DNA from: an uncultured Methanosarcinales archaeon
GTDB lineage: Archaea > Nanobdellota > Nanobdellia > Woesearchaeales > BS150m-G63
DNA length: 32,109 bases
Assembly (NCBI GenBank): GCA_964630685.1
Contig: CAZVVW010000003.1
Location: 1 to 32,109 of the forward strand
Direction: 5' to 3'
In this document: piece after piece, positions 27,850 through 32,109 of the stretch
Layout of the letters: each line of letters begins with the position of its first letter
How positions within the stretch are numbered: position 1 is the first letter of the stretch
Notes under the pieces: generated by a model
What the model saw: only the letters and a program-made list of their open reading frames with translations
Databases searched by the model: none
What the model was told of the DNA's origin: nothing
Made by a program: the position numbers and the translations under genes

Positions 27850-28266
27850 ATGATAATCGACGCAAAAAACTTGATAATTGGAAGATTTGCAACAGTGGTT
27901 GCAAAGAAAGCAATATTGGGTGAAAAAATAGATGTAATAAACTGTGAAAAAGCTGTTGTTAGTGGTAAAAAAAGTGATGTGCTTGCTAAATATAGGGCAA
28001 GAAGTATTAGAGGTTCTTCTACTAAAGGGCCTTTTATTCCAAAAATTCCTGAAAGATTTATAAAAAGAGCTATCAGGGGAATGTTACCTTACAAAAAACC
28101 CCATGGAAGAGCAGCATTTGAAAGAGTGATATGTCATAGAGGGGTTCCAACAGAATTAGAAGGTAAAAAAGCTGAAACAATAAAAAAAGCAGAATTTTCA
28201 AAATTACCAACATTAAATTATGTAACAGTTGAAGAGATATGTAAATACCTTGGAGGCAAAATATGA
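27850..28266 (+). CDS. rpl13: 50S ribosomal protein uL13
   Basis: IIDAK...GR, INCEKAVVSG, GPF.P, IRGMLP. Confidence 0.96.
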   Translation: MIIDAKNLIIGRFATVVAKKAILGEKIDVINCEKAVVSGKKSDVLAKYRARSIRGSSTKGPFIPKIPERFIKRAIRGMLPYKKPHGRAAFERVICHRGVPTELEGKKAETIKKAEFSKLPTLNYVTVEEICKYLGGKI

Positions 28267-28658
28267 AACATATTCATGTATCTGGAAAAAGAAAAAGAGC
28301 AATTGCAAGAGCTACACTTAAAGAAGGTAGTGGGAAAATCAAGATCAATAAATTGTCTTTGGGTGTATTCCAAACAAAAATAGCAAGACTAAGATTAAAA
28401 GAACCTCTTGTTTTAGCAGGAGATGTTGCACATAAAGTAGATATTGAGATTAAAGTGATTGGTGGCGGAGCGGCAGGCCAAGTGGAAGCTGTTAGATTAG
28501 TTATTGGAAAAGCACTTGCTAAATATGATTCAAAATTAGAAGAAATATTTTCAAAGTATGATAAACATTTATTAGTTGCAGACGTAAGGAGAAAAGAACC
28601 TAGTAAACCAAATAGGCACGGTAAAGCACGTTCAAAAAGACAAAAATCATACAGGTGA
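28263..28658 (+). CDS. rps9: 30S ribosomal protein uS9
   Basis: SGKRKRAIAR, V.GGG..GQ, YD..LLVAD.RRKE, ARSKRQKSYR. Confidence 0.97.
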   Translation: MKHIHVSGKRKRAIARATLKEGSGKIKINKLSLGVFQTKIARLRLKEPLVLAGDVAHKVDIEIKVIGGGAAGQVEAVRLVIGKALAKYDSKLEEIFSKYDKHLLVADVRRKEPSKPNRHGKARSKRQKSYR

Positions 28659-28689
28659 TTGAGAAAAAAATTAGGGAGGCCCATTAAAA

Positions 28690-28887
28690 ATGATGATACC
28701 ATTAAGATGTTATAGTTGCGGAAAACCAATCGCACACCTTTGGGAAGAATTTGTTAAAAGAGTTGAAAAAGGTGAAGATAGAAAAAAGGTGATGGATGAA
28801 CTAGGACTTGAGAGATACTGTTGTAGAACCCAATTCATGGGACATGTTGAATTAATTGATGATATCGCTCCTTTTAAGAAATTCTAG
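28690..28887 (+). CDS. rpoN: DNA-directed RNA polymerase subunit N (Rpo10)
   Basis: MIPLRCYSCGK...LGLERYCCR; SD GGGAGG. Confidence 0.96.
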   Translation: MMIPLRCYSCGKPIAHLWEEFVKRVEKGEDRKKVMDELGLERYCCRTQFMGHVELIDDIAPFKKF

Positions 28888-28973
28888 ATAAATATTTCTT
28901 TAAGTTTTTATGCTTTCGCTAATCATAAAAATCAAAACTTTAATAAATCTCTCCCCGCTAAAGATTCTTCATA

Positions 28974-31628
28974 ATGGTGAACTTCAAGAAAATAGCTGAT
29001 AAGTGGCAAAAAGAGTGGGATAAAAAGAAGATATTCTGCTCAAAGTTATCTAAGAATAAAAAGAAGTTCTATTGTTTAGAGATGTTTCCATATCCTACTG
29101 CAAAATTACACATGGGCCATGTTAGGAATTATTCTATTGGTGACTCTATCGCTAGATACAAAAGGATGAAGGGGTTTAATGTGCTCTACCCAATGGGTTA
29201 TGACTCTTTTGGTATTCCAGCAGAAAATGCTGCAATCAAATCAGGAGCAGACCCTAAAAAATGGACTGAATCAAACATCATCCAGATCCAACAACAACAA
29301 AAACAATTAGGGCTGAGCTATGACTGGGATAGAGAAATAGCAACTCATACAGAAGAGTATTACAAGTTCAACCAATTATTTTTCAGTGAAATGTTCAAAA
29401 AAGGATTAGCATACAGAAAACATTCTCCAATTAATTTTTGTTCAAAATGTCAAACTGTTTTAGCAAACGAACAAGTAGAAAATGAAAAATGCTGGAGGTG
29501 TGGGACAGATGTTGAGCAAAAACACCTTGAGCAGTGGTTTTTAAGAATCACAGAATATGCAGACCAATTGTTGGAAGATACTTCTAAATTAGAAGATTGG
29601 CCAGAAAAAGTAAAGATTATGCAGAAAAATTGGATAGGAAAATCTTATGGTACTGAAATCTTTTTTAAAATAAAAGATTCAGATAAAATTATATCAACCT
29701 TCACGACAAGACCAGACACAATCTATGGATTAACATATCTTGTCTTTGCACCAGAACATCCTTTAGTATTAGAATTAGTAAAAAATACAAAATACGAAAA
29801 AGAAACTAAAGAATTCATAAAACAAGTAAAAAGAGAATCCGTAATTGATAGAATGGATGAATCTAAACCTAAAAAAGGCATGTTTATTGGAAAATATTTC
29901 ATAAATCCTGTAAATAACGAAGAGTTACCAATATGGATCTCTAATTATGCTTTAGCAAATTATGGAACTGGAGCTGTAATGGCTGTTCCAACTCATGATC
30001 AAAGAGATTTTGAATTCGCAAAAAAATACAAATTACCATTAAAAGTTGTAATAACTTCTCCAGATTATACTCTTGACCCAAAAAAGATGGTAAGAGCATA
30101 TACTGATGAAGGGGTAATGATTAATTCAGGAAATTTTGATGGAGAAAATAACAATGACTCAATAAACTCCATTTCAGATTTCTTAGAAAAAAAAAGTTGG
30201 GGAAAAAGAACAGTGAATTACAAACTCAGAGATTGGTTAATTTCTAGACAAAGATATTGGGGAACGCCAATTCCGATAATTTACTGTGATAATTGTGGGC
30301 CTGTATTGGTTCCAAAAAAAGATTTACCTATAACCCTTCCTAAAAATCCAAAAATAACTGGTCAAGGAAACCCATTAGATAAAATCCCCTCATTCATTAA
30401 CACTAGATGTCCTAAATGTAAAGGGAAGGCGAAAAGAGAGACAGATACAATGGATACTTTCTTTGATTCCTCTTGGTATTTTTTAAGATATTGTTCTCCT
30501 AAAAATAATAAACTTCCTTTTGATAAAAAAGAAGCAAACTATTGGCTTCCTGTGGACCAATACATAGGGGGAATAGAACATGCTATTCTTCATCTGCTCT
30601 ATGCAAGATTTTTTACTAAAACTCTTAGAGATTTAGGGTATGTTGATGTAGATGAGCCATTCAAAAAATTGCTTACTCAAGGAATGGTGCTTAAAGATGG
30701 TATCAAAATGTCTAAATCTTATGGGAATGTTGTTGACCCTGGAAAGATTATAGAAGAATATGGTCCAGATACTGCAAGATTATACATGCTTTTTGTTGCA
30801 CTGCCAGAAAAAGAATTAGAATGGAGCGACAAAGGTGTTGGTGGATGTTTTAGGTTCTTGAAAAGATTGTATTCTTTGACTGAATTTCCTAAATCTGAGA
30901 GCAATCTCAAAGATAGTTATATGCTCAGTAAAACACATAGTTTAATCAAAAAAACAACAGAATTATTTGATAAATATCAGTTTAGTATAGCTATCTCTCT
31001 AATGATGGAATATACTGGTGCTTTGATAAAAAATAAAAGCAATATTTCGACTAAAATTTACAAAGAATCTTTGAGTGCTCTTTGTTTACTATTATCTCCA
31101 TTTATACCTCATGTTACAGAAGAGGTTTGGAGTAAACTTATGAATAAGAGTCTTATTTCTGCAGAAAAATGGCCTAAATATAATGCTAAAAAAATAAATC
31201 CAGAATTTGAAGCGGCAGAACAGATAATATCTCAAGCTACAAAAGATATCAATTCAATTAAAGAATTGATTAAAACTAAACCTAAAAATGCAGTGATTAT
31301 AATTTCAGAAGAATGGAAGTATTCTTTATTCAAAAAAATCCAGAAGAAGTTGGATAAAACAAGAAATCTTGGAGAAATTATTGAGGCTGTTATAGATAAA
31401 AAACATCAAAAAGAGATTCCTAAAATAGTTCAATCAATATTAAAGGACCTTACAAAAATTCCTGAAAATATTCTTGACCAAAAAAGAGAGTTAAAAACCC
31501 TTCAAGAATCTAAATCAGAAATAGAAAAAGAAACTAACTTAAAGATAGAAATCATAATTGCAGAAAAGAGCGAGGAACAAAAAGCAAAATCTGCAACACC
31601 TCATAAACCATCAATACTACTTCAATAA
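28974..31628 (+). CDS. leuS: Leucine--tRNA ligase (bacterial-type core, archaeal-type C-terminal domain)
   Basis: MFPYP..LHMGH, PAENAA, CP1 [46 protein letters not shown]-terminus W K...A.P.KPSI. Confidence 0.96.
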   Translation: MVNFKKIADKWQKEWDKKKIFCSKLSKNKKKFYCLEMFPYPTAKLHMGHVRNYSIGDSIARYKRMKGFNVLYPMGYDSFGIPAENAAIKSGADPKKWTESNIIQIQQQQKQLGLSYDWDREIATHTEEYYKFNQLFFSEMFKKGLAYRKHSPINFCSKCQTVLANEQVENEKCWRCGTDVEQKHLEQWFLRITEYADQLLEDTSKLEDWPEKVKIMQKNWIGKSYGTEIFFKIKDSDKIISTFTTRPDTIYGLTYLVFAPEHPLVLELVKNTKYEKETKEFIKQVKRESVIDRMDESKPKKGMFIGKYFINPVNNEELPIWISNYALANYGTGAVMAVPTHDQRDFEFAKKYKLPLKVVITSPDYTLDPKKMVRAYTDEGVMINSGNFDGENNNDSINSISDFLEKKSWGKRTVNYKLRDWLISRQRYWGTPIPIIYCDNCGPVLVPKKDLPITLPKNPKITGQGNPLDKIPSFINTRCPKCKGKAKRETDTMDTFFDSSWYFLRYCSPKNNKLPFDKKEANYWLPVDQYIGGIEHAILHLLYARFFTKTLRDLGYVDVDEPFKKLLTQGMVLKDGIKMSKSYGNVVDPGKIIEEYGPDTARLYMLFVALPEKELEWSDKGVGGCFRFLKRLYSLTEFPKSESNLKDSYMLSKTHSLIKKTTELFDKYQFSIAISLMMEYTGALIKNKSNISTKIYKESLSALCLLLSPFIPHVTEEVWSKLMNKSLISAEKWPKYNAKKINPEFEAAEQIISQATKDINSIKELIKTKPKNAVIIISEEWKYSLFKKIQKKLDKTRNLGEIIEAVIDKKHQKEIPKIVQSILKDLTKIPENILDQKRELKTLQESKSEIEKETNLKIEIIIAEKSEEQKAKSATPHKPSILLQ

Positions 31629-31629
31629 A

Positions 31630-32109
31630 ATGATTGATTATAACAAAATAGGATTTAAATGTGGTATAGAGATTCATCAACAACTCGATACACATAAATT
31701 ATTCTGTAATTGTCCATCCGAAATAAGAAAAGATGAGCCTGATTTTATAATAAAAAGATATCTCAGGGCGAGTGCAGGTGAAACTGGAGAAGTGGATATT
31801 GCTGCGAAACATGAACAAAAAAAAGCAAAGCAGTTTATCTATCAAGGTTATGATGATACTACTTGTCTTGTAGAAACAGATGATGAGCCTCCTCGTGCGC
31901 CAAACCAAGAGGCGTTGTTGATTGCGTTACAGGTAGCTGAACTTCTTGACGCTAAGATTGTAGATAAGATTCAATTTATGAGGAAGGTGGTGATTGATGG
32001 CTCAAATACTTCTGGTTTTCAAAGAACTGCGCTAGTGGCGAGAGATGGAAAACTAAAATTAAACAATAAAGTGATAAACATTCCAGTGATTTGTTTAGAA
32101 GAAGATGCG
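31630..32109 (+). CDS. gatE: Glu-tRNA(Gln) amidotransferase subunit GatE (5' part, runs off the window)
   Basis: Manual translation MIDYNKIGFKCGIEIHQQLDTHKLFCNCP...GETGEVDIAA...CLVETDDEPP...MRKVVIDGSNTSGFQRT...CLEEDA. Confidence 0.94.
   Translation, partial: MIDYNKIGFKCGIEIHQQLDTHKLFCNCPSEIRKDEPDFIIKRYLRASAGETGEVDIAAKHEQKKAKQFIYQGYDDTTCLVETDDEPPRAPNQEALLIALQVAELLDAKIVDKIQFMRKVVIDGSNTSGFQRTALVARDGKLKLNNKVINIPVICLEEDA

Noticed and set aside
2292..31908. Numerous short antisense ORFs inside infB, hppA, minD, gyrA, rps9, leuS and gatE
   Set aside because: Shadow ORFs opposite well-supported genes, with no motifs or expression signals
1..32109. Bacterial origin of the whole contig or an alternative genetic code
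   Set aside because: aIF5B, Rpo3/Rpo10, eL18, NAC, GatE, Nre and the archaeal SRP/RNase P RNAs are archaeal; genes are full length under the standard code with TAA, TAG and TGA all used as stops

Overview
AT-rich archaeal chromosomal segment, most consistent with a DPANN lineage such as Woesearchaeota/Nanobdellota (inferred from gene content and composition, not from a phylogeny). It is mostly housekeeping: trm1, aIF5B/infB, an MBL hydrolase, a DHH phosphoesterase, a membrane pyrophosphatase, Nre, MinD, NAC, Sec61beta (missed by the ORF track), a THUMP methyltransferase, gyrA, scpB, the S13-S4-S11-RpoD-tRNALeu-L18e-L13-S9-RpoN operon, leuS and the 5' part of gatE. It also holds five RNA genes: SRP RNA, RNase P RNA, and tRNA-Gly(TCC), -His(GTG) and -Leu(GAG). 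The most notable elements are: a membrane-anchored lytic transglycosylase-LysM (peptidoglycan-targeting) enzyme with an orphan response regulator; a bacterial/eukaryotic-type glycerolipid acyltransferase next to a PIG-L deacetylase and a GT4 glycosyltransferase; a 39-bp tandem array containing the SRP RNA 3' end, which caused a 100-N assembly gap; a PIP-box-tagged MBL hydrolase; a compact RNase P RNA; a HEPN-like paralog pair coupled to minD; and a chimeric bacterial-core/archaeal-CTD LeuRS. No CRISPR array, transposase or integrase was seen. All calls come from motif recognition by eye; no database searches were run.
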